Virus record (IMG/VR): IMGVR_UViG_3300032782_000008
DNA: 64,000 nucleotides
DNA from: an uncultured virus (IMG/VR IMGVR_UViG_3300032782_000008)
Taxonomy: Duplodnaviria; Heunggongvirae; Uroviricota; Caudoviricetes
Direction: 5' to 3' (one strand)
Shown: positions 37,410 through 46,899 of the stretch, one piece after another
How the letters are laid out: every line of letters starts with the position of its first letter
Position numbering within the stretch: the first letter of the stretch is position 1
Notes under the pieces: generated by a model
Databases searched by the model: none
Told to the model about the DNA's origin: nothing
Seen by the model: the letters and a program-made list of their open reading frames with translations, nothing else
Translations under genes and position numbers: made by a program

Positions 37410-38035
37410 TACCCCCAGTCACGAACGAACGACGGTCCCGGGGGATGCCGGGACGCACGGGCAGTAGCAGGGGCGTAGGCCCCGGGGCCTTGAAACCGCG
37501 TACGGCGCTGGTGTGAGCGCGCCCCGCGTCGCAGAAGAACGAACGGCCGTGGCCGAGTCGATCCGATGCGTCTTTGAAAACCGAATAGCGACGACGTGAA
37601 AATGAAGCCTGGCGAAAACCACGCCAGGGTTAGGGCAAAGCAGATCCGCCCGCGGTCCCGAGTCCCGGCATGGAGTGTCAGCTACGGCTGGACACACCTT
37701 CCTGAACGGCTCCCACAGCGTCAGGCCGACAGTCACCCGCTCGACAACGGACCATGCACCTAGAGCAACGCCTATGGGCCTCAAAGCGCCCCGCGTGCTA
37801 GGTGCCGACGGTACGAACGTCCCTAACCAATACCCCGACGCTCGATTTGTAATCGCGTGTGTAGCACGGGGGAGCGCCGAAGTTCCGAGGCGCAGGATCC
37901 TTGCCGCAATATCAGGGTGTGGATCAACTTGACGGGGCCGCTCTTGAATCCGGTTACCATCCGAGGATAGAGCGGCCCTGTCACTGGTGAAGCGGAGACG
38001 GCTCCGCGGCGCCAGTGACGGACACTCAACCGTCG
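37410..38035 (+). ncRNA. candidate large structured non-coding RNA or leader (strand inferred from downstream genes)
   Basis: No convincing ORF; dense series of stems (see findings). Confidence 0.45.
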
Positions 38036-38046
38036 AGGTAAAGCTG

Positions 38047-38169
38047 ATGTACAAAGCTTTGATCTGGCTGGAAATGGCCATGCGCGGTCTGAAACCGTCA
38101 ATCTACAGTGAGTATTACCGTTACTGGTACGAGTGGTATCGTGCAGGCAATCGAGCGGTAATCCAATGA
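38047..38169 (+). CDS. small aromatic-rich protein
   Basis: GAGG SD; coupled to the next gene. Confidence 0.45.
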   Translation: MYKALIWLEMAMRGLKPSIYSEYYRYWYEWYRAGNRAVIQ

Positions 38170-38330
38170 ACACTCAAGTCACAATCGAAACCGCGGCGCA
38201 ACCCGTGCGCCCGAAACGTCGAATCCGCTTCGACGCGCTCGATCTTGAAACCGTCGAGGCGATTTTCGAGCCCGACTACATTCTCGACACACACGAAACG
38301 GTGGTCTTGTTTCGAAACCCGAAATTCTAG
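38166..38330 (+). CDS. small hypothetical protein
   Basis: ATGA overlap with upstream gene. Confidence 0.5.
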   Translation: MNTQVTIETAAQPVRPKRRIRFDALDLETVEAIFEPDYILDTHETVVLFRNPKF

Positions 38331-38339
38331 AGGTCACCC

Positions 38340-38507
38340 ATGCTCCACACGATCACTACGTTGCTCGCGCTCGCGTCGCCTGCGAAGGTCCACAAGCTGC
38401 CGGCTATCACGATCGCGGCGCGCGTGCAGTGCGCTCCCGAGGCGCCCCGGTTCGATATCCGTGATCCGTTCACCGGCCGCAAGCTCATCTACTGCTACTC
38501 GAAGTAG
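38340..38507 (+). CDS. small hypothetical protein, possible signal peptide
   Basis: GAGG SD; begins MLHTITTLLALASPA. Confidence 0.45.
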   Translation: MLHTITTLLALASPAKVHKLPAITIAARVQCAPEAPRFDIRDPFTGRKLIYCYSK

Positions 38508-38579
38508 CTGACGGACGCGAGCCGTGCGCTCGCGCTCCGACCCCATCACCTTCCGGGTGATGCGTTAGGAGGTATCGTC

Positions 38580-38879
38580 ATGCGTAAATTCAACGTGTGG
38601 GGTTTGGATGTTTGGGGTCATGGGCATGATGAGTGCTCAAGCTGCAAGTGCCCCGGCGGTGACCTTTGCGAAGGTTACAGCGTCAATGATCGTTTCAAGA
38701 TTGGAACGATCGAGATCGACGGAAAAACCAGCGTCGTCAAGATCCTTGTGGATGCTGGTTTTCTAACTCCCGACTGCACCGACGACACGATCGAAGTCGA
38801 CGGCGATCCCGACTTTATGCTGGAAGTCAATCGCAAGTCGGACGGCAAGTATCTGTTGCAGCTGGAACACGACAAGTAA
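38580..38879 (+). CDS. hypothetical protein
   Basis: AGGAGG SD; LDVWG...GYSVND. Confidence 0.7.
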   Translation: MRKFNVWGLDVWGHGHDECSSCKCPGGDLCEGYSVNDRFKIGTIEIDGKTSVVKILVDAGFLTPDCTDDTIEVDGDPDFMLEVNRKSDGKYLLQLEHDK

Positions 38880-38986
38880 CTAGCAGAAGCACGCGCGGGT
38901 CGCCCCGCGCTGACAATCTATCGGCGGTCGGGCTCCTGTCCGTTATGGCGCAGTACCCGCCGATAGGTTGCCAGCGAGGTGCGATC

Positions 38987-39313
38987 ATGTACTTCGACCG
39001 CTTCGATATCTGTGAAGCCTACGCAATGTACGATATGCTTTGGGGCCCAACCGAATACGCTGCGCGGCTCCATCGCATCAAGTTCCGCGCGTCTCCTCTG
39101 CGCAGTCTTGAGAACATGTCCGAGAACGCGAAGGAGATCTATGGACGACTCGTGCGCGAGCACCAGCGCATTTACATTGCCTGGGAACGCTACCAGCGTA
39201 GGAAGCACGCGCGCAAACTGGCGTGGCCGGGCACGCGCAACATGCCGGGTGGCGACCCCTACCGCTGGCTGCGGAAGCAGGGTTTGCTAACCGCCGTCGA
39301 AACCTACGCATGA
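38987..39313 (+). CDS. hypothetical protein
   Basis: GAGGTG SD; begins MYFDRFDICEAY. Confidence 0.7.
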   Translation: MYFDRFDICEAYAMYDMLWGPTEYAARLHRIKFRASPLRSLENMSENAKEIYGRLVREHQRIYIAWERYQRRKHARKLAWPGTRNMPGGDPYRWLRKQGLLTAVETYA

Positions 39314-39471
39314 CCAGAAAGCCGACAATCTATGAGGTGCTGCGCGATAAGCTAGGCCGCGAGCCTACGAACGAAGAGCTTAAAGCCGACGTTCGTCGCA
39401 TTCTCGAAGAGAGTACGATCGAACTAGCCGCGCAGGGCAAACTTCCACATCAGCGCAAGCGTAGGAGATAG
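39310..39471 (+). CDS. small hypothetical protein
   Basis: ATGA overlap; KLGREPTNEEL. Confidence 0.55.
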   Translation: MTRKPTIYEVLRDKLGREPTNEELKADVRRILEESTIELAAQGKLPHQRKRRR

Positions 39472-39475
39472 TCGT

Positions 39476-39661
39476 ATGAACGCGAACGCTCCGCAACCAA
39501 TCCACGACTGCCCGACCAAACGATTCGACGTCCGCGCGCCTACCCTCGCGCGCATGTTCGCCGAGGCGGACATCGCCGAAGAGCTGCGCCGCGTGGACTT
39601 CACCCGAGACGTGCGCAGCGAGCTGCGCCAGATCGCGGCGTCGCTCGCGGTCATTTGGTAA
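39476..39661 (+). CDS. small hypothetical protein
   Basis: AGGAG SD. Confidence 0.5.
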   Translation: MNANAPQPIHDCPTKRFDVRAPTLARMFAEADIAEELRRVDFTRDVRSELRQIAASLAVIW

Positions 39662-39679
39662 ACAAAAGGAGATAGTACA

Positions 39680-39850
39680 ATGGCCAAGTGCATCAATCGC
39701 ATCAAGGGCGGACGTCGTCCCATCTTCCAGTGCCCGTGCGGCAAGCAGATCAATCCGCAGGAAAAAGGACTCAAGCCGGCTTTCGCTCGCGTGCTCTACT
39801 GCGCGTCCAGCTGCGGCTTCTATCAGGCGAATCTCCCCAAATCGAAGTAG
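39680..39850 (+). CDS. small zinc-finger protein
   Basis: AAGGAG SD; CPCGK...YCASSCG. Confidence 0.55.
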   Translation: MAKCINRIKGGRRPIFQCPCGKQINPQEKGLKPAFARVLYCASSCGFYQANLPKSK

Positions 39851-39959
39851 CTCCCCCGCCGAGCGGCGCGAGCCGCTCGGCTAGCTCACCCTCGCCTAAG
39901 TCCTCAGCGCCAGGCAACCCGCAGAGGCATGCGAGCGTGGGCTAGCAGGAGGCGCGAAC

Positions 39960-40514
39960 ATGCGCAAGATCCAAGAATCCGAAGTCACGTTCACGCTCAC
40001 GGCCGAGCCCGAAGATCTCGACCCGGCCGATCACTTCGCTAGTGGTGACGACAAGGCCGACAAAGAAATGGTGGAATGGATCAATTTTCGCCTCGATAGG
40101 GGTGATGTGTGGGCCTGGTTCTCCGCCAAAGTCACGGCCACCATCACGCTGCCGGACGGATCGACGATCGAAGGTGTCGACTATCTAGGCGGGTGCTCTT
40201 ACAAAGACGAAGCCGATTTCACGCAACAGGGCGGCTACTACGACGACATGAAAGTAAATGCGCTCGACGATCTACAACGTGAACTTGAAGCGCAGATCGC
40301 GCGGGGCAAGCAACTGGAGGATTGGTTCCTTCAATGCGCCCATGTCAACGATGCGGTTGACGGTCGCTGCTCTCTTGCTCACGGTCACGACGGCGATCAC
40401 GTTCTCGATACTGACAGCGCTCGCTGTCCCGGTTGCGGTTGGTCCGTCAATTGTGTAAGCAAAACCAAACACTGCAGTCGCGGGGACGACTGCCTTTGCG
40501 GTAACACCAAATAA
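39960..40514 (+). CDS. acidic hypothetical protein with Cys/His-rich tail
   Basis: AGGAGG SD; WAWF...DYLGGCSY...GGYYDDM. Confidence 0.7.
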   Translation: MRKIQESEVTFTLTAEPEDLDPADHFASGDDKADKEMVEWINFRLDRGDVWAWFSAKVTATITLPDGSTIEGVDYLGGCSYKDEADFTQQGGYYDDMKVNALDDLQRELEAQIARGKQLEDWFLQCAHVNDAVDGRCSLAHGHDGDHVLDTDSARCPGCGWSVNCVSKTKHCSRGDDCLCGNTK

Positions 40515-40665
40515 ACCGAGCGCGCTCATGTGAGCGCGCGAAGCAGGTTAGAAAAACCGGATCGCCGTTCTCCACGGGCGAACGCGTTAGCCTCCGCCCC
40601 GCGGCCGGTGACGTGCGAGACAGCACGTCCCTTCTAACCTGCTTCGCGCTTTACAGGAGACGACC

Positions 40666-40893
40666 ATGCTCAAGTCCGAAACCAACACGCCGCGTATGGA
40701 AAAGCTGATCGGCGACGCGTTCGACATCAAATTTCCTCACCTCAAAGGTGACTGCAACGTCGACTTCGAACACGGCCAATGGTGGGTGCATCACATCTTC
40801 AGCGGCGCTGCGTGGTCGGTGGTAGACGCCGAAGGTCCGGGCTCTATCTACGGCTTCGACTTCGAGCAGGTCAGTGAAGGAGACGACACGTGA
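40666..40893 (+). CDS. hypothetical protein
   Basis: AGGAG SD; FEHGQWWV...WSVVDAEG. Confidence 0.65.
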   Translation: MLKSETNTPRMEKLIGDAFDIKFPHLKGDCNVDFEHGQWWVHHIFSGAAWSVVDAEGPGSIYGFDFEQVSEGDDT

Positions 40894-41093
40894 AAAAGTT
40901 CAAGCTCATGACCCACAACGACGAGGACGTCCTCGGCGGCGCCGTCGGGATCGACAACGTCTACATCCGCGCCTACGGCGCTCACGTGAGCGGCCGACTC
41001 GTCGATCAGCTCGATGTCGGCGAATCGTGCGTCAAGCGCTACTCGCTGTCCGGTCAGAAGCCGACCACGTACAAGATCGTGCGCGTCGAATAG
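40890..41093 (+). CDS. hypothetical protein
   Basis: GTGA overlap; AAGGAG SD. Confidence 0.6.
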   Translation: MKKFKLMTHNDEDVLGGAVGIDNVYIRAYGAHVSGRLVDQLDVGESCVKRYSLSGQKPTTYKIVRVE

Positions 41094-41106
41094 TAGGAGA
41101 CAACAC

Positions 41107-43050
41107 ATGACCGTTAAATACGACGCCACCTACTCGCCCGAGGATAACAAGCTTCGCCTCCGCGCCTCCGACCGGCTCGACAAAGATCTGTACGAGCGCG
41201 TGCGCGCCGCCGGCTTCGCCTGGGCTCCCAAGCAAGATCTCTTCGTCGCGCCGATGTGGACGCCCGAGCGCGAAGATCTCCTGATCGAGCTGTGCGGCGA
41301 GGTCGGCGACGAGGACACGAGCCTCGTCGAGCGAGCGGAGGAGCGCGCCGAGCGCTTCGAAGGTTACCACGAGAACCGCAAGGCTGACGCCGAGGCCGCG
41401 CACGAAGCGGTCAAGGCCATTGCCGACAATATCCCACTCGGACAGCCCATCCTCGTCGGCCACCACAGCGAGAAACACGCGCGGCGAGACGCTGAGAAGA
41501 TCAAGAACGGCATGACCAAAGCCGTCAAGATGTGGGACACCGCCGAGTATTGGATGCGGCGGGCAAAGGGCGCCATCCGCCACGCCAAGTACAAGGAACG
41601 GCCGGATGTCCGGCACCGCCGCATCAAAAAGATCGAGGCGGAGCTGCGCAAGGTGACCAAGGAGCGTCAGCTGCACAGCAACATGCTGGGCGCGTGGGCG
41701 AAGCTGAACTTGACACGCGAGCAAGCGATCGCGATCGCCAACTTCGACCGCGTCTACATCCCCGGCACGCAGTCGAGCCTCTGGTACGCGCTCGACCGCA
41801 ACGAGATCACGGCCGAGCAGGCGGCCGAGCACGCGATCAAGCAGCACACGAGCCAGCTCGACCGCGCCAAGCGCTGGGCTGAGCACTGCGAAAACCGTCT
41901 CGCCTACGAGCGCGCGATGCTCGACGAGTCCGGCGGCATCGTCGCCGACAAGTTCCCGATCGAGGTCGGCGGGCGCGTACTGTGCAGCGGCTGGCGCCAG
42001 CGCAAAGGCTATCTCGTCGTCATGCGCGTGACGAAGAAGGACGGCGTGATCTCGTCGGTGCGCACGACGGAGGGACTCGTCAGCGTCGAGGAGATCACCG
42101 ATTACAAAGCGCCCGAAGGTGACGACGCCGAGAAGGTGAAGGCCGCTACGAAGTTGCCGCCGCTCGTGAACTATCCGGGTGAGGGCTTCCGGCACATGAC
42201 CAAGGGGGAATTCGACAAGTCGAAGCGTCACAGCGACTTCTACTGTGTGCGCAAGATCGAGGCGAACGACAAGCACGGCGCCCACCGTCTGCGCCAGGCT
42301 CCGAAGGAAGGCGGCCCGTACTACAACACGACGTACGTCTATCTAACGGACCAGAAACGCGTGGACCCGCCCGCGCCTGCGACCACGCCCGCCGATGTAG
42401 AGGCGCATGCGGAGGCGCTCGCGCCGATGTCCGCACCTGTGAGTGGCTTACCGCCGCGCACGAAACCTCGAATCGAACGAACCAAGTTCGATGACATGCG
42501 CGACTCGCTCAAAGCTGGCGTGCAGGTGGTGAGCGCGCCGCAGCTCTTCCCGACGCCTCCCGATCTGGCCGCACGCATGGTGCAGCTGGCGGACATCCAA
42601 CCACAGCACAGCGTGCTGGAACCGAGCGCCGGTACAGGATCACTACTGAAAGCGATCCATCCGAAGGCGCCCTTGAGTGTGGCTGCGATTGAGATTGATC
42701 AACAGCTCACACGCGCGCTTACGGCACAGTTTCCGTACACCAAAGTGTTCGGTCACGACTTTCTCGAATATAACCGCAGCGGGTACACACGCTTCGACCG
42801 CATCATCATGAATCCACCGTTCGAAAACGGCGCCGACGTCAAGCACGTGCTGCACGCGTGGAACATGCTCGCCGAGGGTGGCGTGCTGGTCGCTATCATG
42901 AGCGCGGGCGTCAAGTTCCACACCAACAGCGACACGACGGTGCTTCGCGAGCTGATCGACGAGCACGGCTCGATGGAAGACCTGCCGGACGACACGTTCA
43001 AGGCGCAGGGGACGAGCGTGCGCACGGTCCTCATCACCCTTCGCAAGTAG
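41107..43050 (+). CDS. DUF3560 domain fused to an amino (N6A/N4C) DNA methyltransferase
   Basis: ATYSPEDNKLRL, IPLGQPILVGHHSEKHARRD (DUF3560); QLFPTP, VLEPSAGTG, IMNPPF. Confidence 0.9.
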   Translation: MTVKYDATYSPEDNKLRLRASDRLDKDLYERVRAAGFAWAPKQDLFVAPMWTPEREDLLIELCGEVGDEDTSLVERAEERAERFEGYHENRKADAEAAHEAVKAIADNIPLGQPILVGHHSEKHARRDAEKIKNGMTKAVKMWDTAEYWMRRAKGAIRHAKYKERPDVRHRRIKKIEAELRKVTKERQLHSNMLGAWAKLNLTREQAIAIANFDRVYIPGTQSSLWYALDRNEITAEQAAEHAIKQHTSQLDRAKRWAEHCENRLAYERAMLDESGGIVADKFPIEVGGRVLCSGWRQRKGYLVVMRVTKKDGVISSVRTTEGLVSVEEITDYKAPEGDDAEKVKAATKLPPLVNYPGEGFRHMTKGEFDKSKRHSDFYCVRKIEANDKHGAHRLRQAPKEGGPYYNTTYVYLTDQKRVDPPAPATTPADVEAHAEALAPMSAPVSGLPPRTKPRIERTKFDDMRDSLKAGVQVVSAPQLFPTPPDLAARMVQLADIQPQHSVLEPSAGTGSLLKAIHPKAPLSVAAIEIDQQLTRALTAQFPYTKVFGHDFLEYNRSGYTRFDRIIMNPPFENGADVKHVLHAWNMLAEGGVLVAIMSAGVKFHTNSDTTVLRELIDEHGSMEDLPDDTFKAQGTSVRTVLITLRK

Positions 43051-43059
43051 GAGCTACAC

Positions 43060-43354
43060 ATGTCGCGCACGAGAACTTCCCCGCGGCAGAAGCCTCGCAA
43101 CCCCCTTCACGTGGAAACCGCACACTCCGACGACGCCACGGTGCGACTACTGCGGCGTCCAGGGCTGTCGCCACGAATGCGTCAAAGAAGTCACGGCCTC
43201 GATTCAAGCCGAGCTGGACTACGAAGAGTACGGCATGAGTCGCGAGGACTACATGCGCGAGCAGAAAGAATTCATCGAGCAGCTGCGACTCGATGAGTGG
43301 GAGGAGCGTCGAGCTGTCGCTGTCGACCTTCCCGATTTGGACGACTATCTGTAA
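43060..43354 (+). pseudogene. gene split by a +1 frameshift at a C5 run (or assembly error, or recoding)
   Basis: The SD+ATG frame joins a protein-like +1 frame (CDYC..CRHEC..acidic tail) at 43101-43105. Confidence 0.55.
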
Positions 43355-43370
43355 TCACAAGGAGGCGACC

Positions 43371-43856
43371 ATGAAGAAGCGATGTGAGATCCACGGCTGG
43401 CCTTGCACACATGAAGGAGGTGTATACGTGCCCGTAGACTTCTCAAGACGCCCCAAAAACTTCCTCGGCTCGGGACGGCACCGCCTCGCGGTGTACGTCG
43501 CCAAATCGCGACTGAACCACCCGTCAGGAAAGAGCATGTTCATCGTCGAGGGTGTGGTGTTGAAAACAACCTCGAAGGAGAATAAGGCAGGCGATCCGTT
43601 CGGCTTCGTCTGTGTAGTCGATGCACCTATCGGCGTACCGGTGTCACAATCCATTCTCGGTCAAACACTCGCACGCCAGATCGTAAACTGCATCCCTGCA
43701 GCCGCTCCGGCTCTCGACCGCGCACTCGGTCCGAGCGGAGGGCCGGATCTCGAAATCAAGTTCGACCAAATCCCCATAATCGTGGCCGAGTGCGAGGACA
43801 TCAAGATCGCCGGCCGCGATTGCCTCCTCCACAAGTTCCTAAAGGATACGGAGTAG
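43371..43856 (+). CDS. hypothetical protein
   Basis: AAGGAGG SD. Confidence 0.6.
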   Translation: MKKRCEIHGWPCTHEGGVYVPVDFSRRPKNFLGSGRHRLAVYVAKSRLNHPSGKSMFIVEGVVLKTTSKENKAGDPFGFVCVVDAPIGVPVSQSILGQTLARQIVNCIPAAAPALDRALGPSGGPDLEIKFDQIPIIVAECEDIKIAGRDCLLHKFLKDTE

Positions 43857-43860
43857 CCCT

Positions 43861-44178
43861 ATGCCCGCCAACACCATTCCGTGCTGGCTCCCCTGTGGCG
43901 AGCACGGCGCCGTCCTCAAGGACGCGACCGGGCTCGTCTACGGCAGCGTGCGTCGGCACGACCAGGCCACGACGCTGTGGCTCGGCACCGCGATCTTCGG
44001 CCCCGAAATCGCTAAGCTGCCTGGCTTCCTCCGCGGCGATCCTCGCCAACCGGGCGAGCCCGTCGGGGCTCGGTCGTTCAACTATCCGGTGACGGCTGGC
44101 GCTTGCCAGTACGCCCCCTCGAAAGAGAAGGCGATGCAATTCGTGGTCGACACGCTCACCGAACACGGGAGGATGTGA
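43861..44178 (+). CDS. hypothetical protein
   Basis: GGAG SD; coupled downstream. Confidence 0.6.
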   Translation: MPANTIPCWLPCGEHGAVLKDATGLVYGSVRRHDQATTLWLGTAIFGPEIAKLPGFLRGDPRQPGEPVGARSFNYPVTAGACQYAPSKEKAMQFVVDTLTEHGRM

Positions 44179-44342
44179 TGCGCATCGAAGTCCATGTCAG
44201 CACCAATCGCGTCGGTAGCCGTAACTCGGTCATCATCGAAGTGGACAACGACCTCAGCGCAAATGAGCTGAGAGAAGCAGCGCTCGACGCCATGTTCGAG
44301 CACCTCATCGAATGGGGATACAAGCTCACCGAGGAAGAGTGA
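44178..44342 (+). CDS. small acidic protein
   Basis: TGATG coupling. Confidence 0.6.
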   Translation: MRIEVHVSTNRVGSRNSVIIEVDNDLSANELREAALDAMFEHLIEWGYKLTEEE

Positions 44343-44752
44343 TGACCCGCGCCAACGTCTACCTCCAGCCGGACCTCGACGAGTCCGGCCGCATCCATGA
44401 GCCCGCCTCGATCGACGTCGCACTCGCGCGCGTCGACGCGCTCGAAGTCGAGATGCTACGCATCGTCGAACAGCTCTCTGAAGAAATACGACGAACAACT
44501 TTCGGTGCGTACGAAGCAGACCTCGACAAGGAGTGGCGCAAGCGTGCCGCCAACAAGTTCAAGCTCTTCACCGAGGAGCGCAAGCAGCTCGTCCAATGGG
44601 TGCGCCACAAGGACACCGAAGCCACGCTCCAGGTAAGCCGAAAGGACGCCGAAGCCGCGTTTCGCGTCCTCGATTCAATCCACGAGCTGGATCTCGACGA
44701 AAGTGAGCAGCAGCTCCGCGAACGACTGCGAAAGGTTCTCAACCCGACGTAA
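44342..44752 (+). CDS. hypothetical helical protein
   Basis: TGATG coupling. Confidence 0.6.
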   Translation: MTRANVYLQPDLDESGRIHEPASIDVALARVDALEVEMLRIVEQLSEEIRRTTFGAYEADLDKEWRKRAANKFKLFTEERKQLVQWVRHKDTEATLQVSRKDAEAAFRVLDSIHELDLDESEQQLRERLRKVLNPT

Positions 44753-44759
44753 TACCACC

Positions 44760-44788
44760 TTGTAATTTCGAAACGAGCCACGTAGACT
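44760..44788 (+). promoter_or_regulatory. sigma70-type promoter
   Basis: TTGTAA-17-TAGACT. Confidence 0.55.
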
Positions 44789-44824
44789 TTCTCAACCAGA
44801 CCAAGCAAACCAAGGAGACAGCAC

Positions 44825-45265
44825 ATGAAGACCAAGACGAAGAAGAGCAACCGCAACCGTCCCGAAGTGAACGCCAACGGTATCGCTCAGGCTCGCGACA
44901 TCCTGCGCGAGGTGTTGGATTTGTCGGCGGACGCGCCCGTGAACCCGCGCACGGTGCTCCTCGTGTTCGAGAACATGGACCGAGACGACGACGGTCTGCC
45001 GGCGGTCGACCAGGACGGCTACATCGAAGATCTCAGCGTCATCCGCGGTGCGCTCGGGGAGTTGTTCGGTCCCGCAGCGGCGAACGACGCCGAGAAGTTG
45101 ATGAAGACGTTCGACGAGCTGCCCCCGCTCGATATGGAAACTTGTGTCGAGCAGTTGCGGATCTCGCAGGGGGCCGTCAAGGAATTGTTCGGCGCTGATG
45201 CGGCGAACGACCACGAGCTGGTGTTGGCGTACATGACCAGCATCTTCGAGAACGACGCCGAATAA
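44825..45265 (+). CDS. acidic protein with internal duplication
   Basis: GALGELFGPAAAND and GAVKELFGADAAND; AAGGAG SD. Confidence 0.7.
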   Translation: MKTKTKKSNRNRPEVNANGIAQARDILREVLDLSADAPVNPRTVLLVFENMDRDDDGLPAVDQDGYIEDLSVIRGALGELFGPAAANDAEKLMKTFDELPPLDMETCVEQLRISQGAVKELFGADAANDHELVLAYMTSIFENDAE

Positions 45266-45390
45266 TCGTCTGAGTGTCCGCAACTTCGGTTGCGGCCTCA
45301 CCCGAGTCCATTATACAGCGGCCGGGTATAGTAGACTCGGGTGAGTAGTACAACGCAAACTTTAGATAGTGAACGAGGTGAAGACACAAA

Positions 45391-45762
45391 ATGATCGCAA
45401 AAGCGAACAACCCGCTGACACTCAAGTCACTCAAGGCCATCGCCGAGTTAGTCAGCTACGACGGCCACCGATGGCGGTTCGGAACCATGGATAAGGGGTA
45501 CTTCGTGCAGATCCAATACGACGAGCCCGACATCGACACGAGTGAAATGTGCGAACAGCACGGGCGCAAATGGTACGTGTCGCGCTACGCAACGCGTAGC
45601 GAGATCGTGCAGACGATGCTGAAAGCCGCATTGACGAGCGCTGAGCATCGCGTTCGCGAGCACTTCACCTACCGCGGCGCCCGCATCTTCGGGCCCCACT
45701 TCGACGTCGAAGCACTCTTACATCTCACGCACACTGGCGCTAAGGACGTGCGGAAGAGGTAA
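45391..45762 (+). CDS. phage-type hypothetical protein
   Basis: GRKWYVS...SEIVQT..KA..AEH..REHFTYRG.RIFGPH. Confidence 0.75.
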   Translation: MIAKANNPLTLKSLKAIAELVSYDGHRWRFGTMDKGYFVQIQYDEPDIDTSEMCEQHGRKWYVSRYATRSEIVQTMLKAALTSAEHRVREHFTYRGARIFGPHFDVEALLHLTHTGAKDVRKR

Positions 45763-45767
45763 CCCCC

Positions 45768-45872
45768 ATGCGACGCATCACAAACGTTCTCATTCAAATC
45801 GCCGCCATCCCTCTTGCCATCGTCGTCGGGCTCGTCTGCGGCCTCCTCGGCGAAGATCCACCCAAGAACTAG
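45768..45872 (+). CDS. 34-aa membrane peptide
   Basis: GAGG SD; VLIQIAAIPLAIVVGLVCGLL. Confidence 0.45.
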   Translation: MRRITNVLIQIAAIPLAIVVGLVCGLLGEDPPKN

Positions 45873-45885
45873 AGAAGAGGTAGTC

Positions 45886-46899
45886 ATGATCATCGCGGTG
45901 TTACTGGCTGCTCGCGCGCAGATCGACAAGCTCAATGTCGAGTTGGCGGAGAATGAAAAAGAAAACGACCATGCGCTCAAGCAACTGGACAGAGTGCTCA
46001 CCGAGCGAGACGCCGCGCTCGTCGAGCTGAACCAGGCGCGGGGAGAGCGGGACGAGGCGTGGCGTGTTGCCGAGATCTGGCGAAACGACGCCATTCGAGA
46101 GCGCGACGCCGCGGTCAAAGAACGAGATACCGCGCTCGCCAATTTGAGCCAGATGCGAGCAGAACGAAATAAGTGGCAGGGCGCATACGAAAGAGCACGA
46201 GATCGTGAGGACAACGCGCGCATTGCCACGTCGCGCGTAAAAGTCGAGCGCGACGCCGCGGTCAAGCGGGCGGAGGCACTACAGGTGGAGCGGGACAACG
46301 CCGAATGCCAAGCGGCTGAGTGGCAAAGAGCAGCCAACGAGCACGAACAGGACGAGATTGCCGCAGTCAAGCGGGCGGAGGCGGCGGAGGCTCAGTTGGC
46401 CAAGATCCGCCAAGACCGCGACACGATTGATCAAATGCGCGAGGAGAACGCGCGGCTGAAAGCGCAGCTGTTGCCGCACACCGAGCAAACGCAATGCGTG
46501 CACGTCGATGCCATCGATCGCTTGGAAGTCATCCTCGGCCGCGCGGTCGCGGCGCTGCAAGAGACGCGTGACGCTATCGGCGCGGCTGGTCCGAACATCG
46601 TCGAGGGGTTCTTGCAGTTGGCCACGGGAGAACTCGACCAGGACATCGGCAAGAAGGTTCTGGCGCGCATGCTCGCGGCCCGCGATTCAGCTGATGTCAT
46701 CCTCGCCGACACCACCGCGACCCAGGCCGCCGACGCGTGGCGGGCGCAGCAAGAGGAGCGCCAGGAGCTGGAAACGGTGTATGAAATTGGCCGCACAATC
46801 GAGTTGCCTTGCATTTGCCATGTCACCGACGGTGAATGCACTGGATGCAGGTTCCGCAAAGCATGGCGCTTGGTCGACGCGCGGCGCGGTGGAAAATGA
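45886..46899 (+). CDS. coiled-coil mosaic protein
   Basis: ERDAA repeats; shares blocks with 47166. Confidence 0.7.
   Translation: MIIAVLLAARAQIDKLNVELAENEKENDHALKQLDRVLTERDAALVELNQARGERDEAWRVAEIWRNDAIRERDAAVKERDTALANLSQMRAERNKWQGAYERARDREDNARIATSRVKVERDAAVKRAEALQVERDNAECQAAEWQRAANEHEQDEIAAVKRAEAAEAQLAKIRQDRDTIDQMREENARLKAQLLPHTEQTQCVHVDAIDRLEVILGRAVAALQETRDAIGAAGPNIVEGFLQLATGELDQDIGKKVLARMLAARDSADVILADTTATQAADAWRAQQEERQELETVYEIGRTIELPCICHVTDGECTGCRFRKAWRLVDARRGGK

Noticed and set aside
37410..38035. tRNA, tmRNA or self-splicing intron
   Set aside because: No cloverleaf with T-loop and CCA and no recognisable intron core by eye; kept only as unclassified structure
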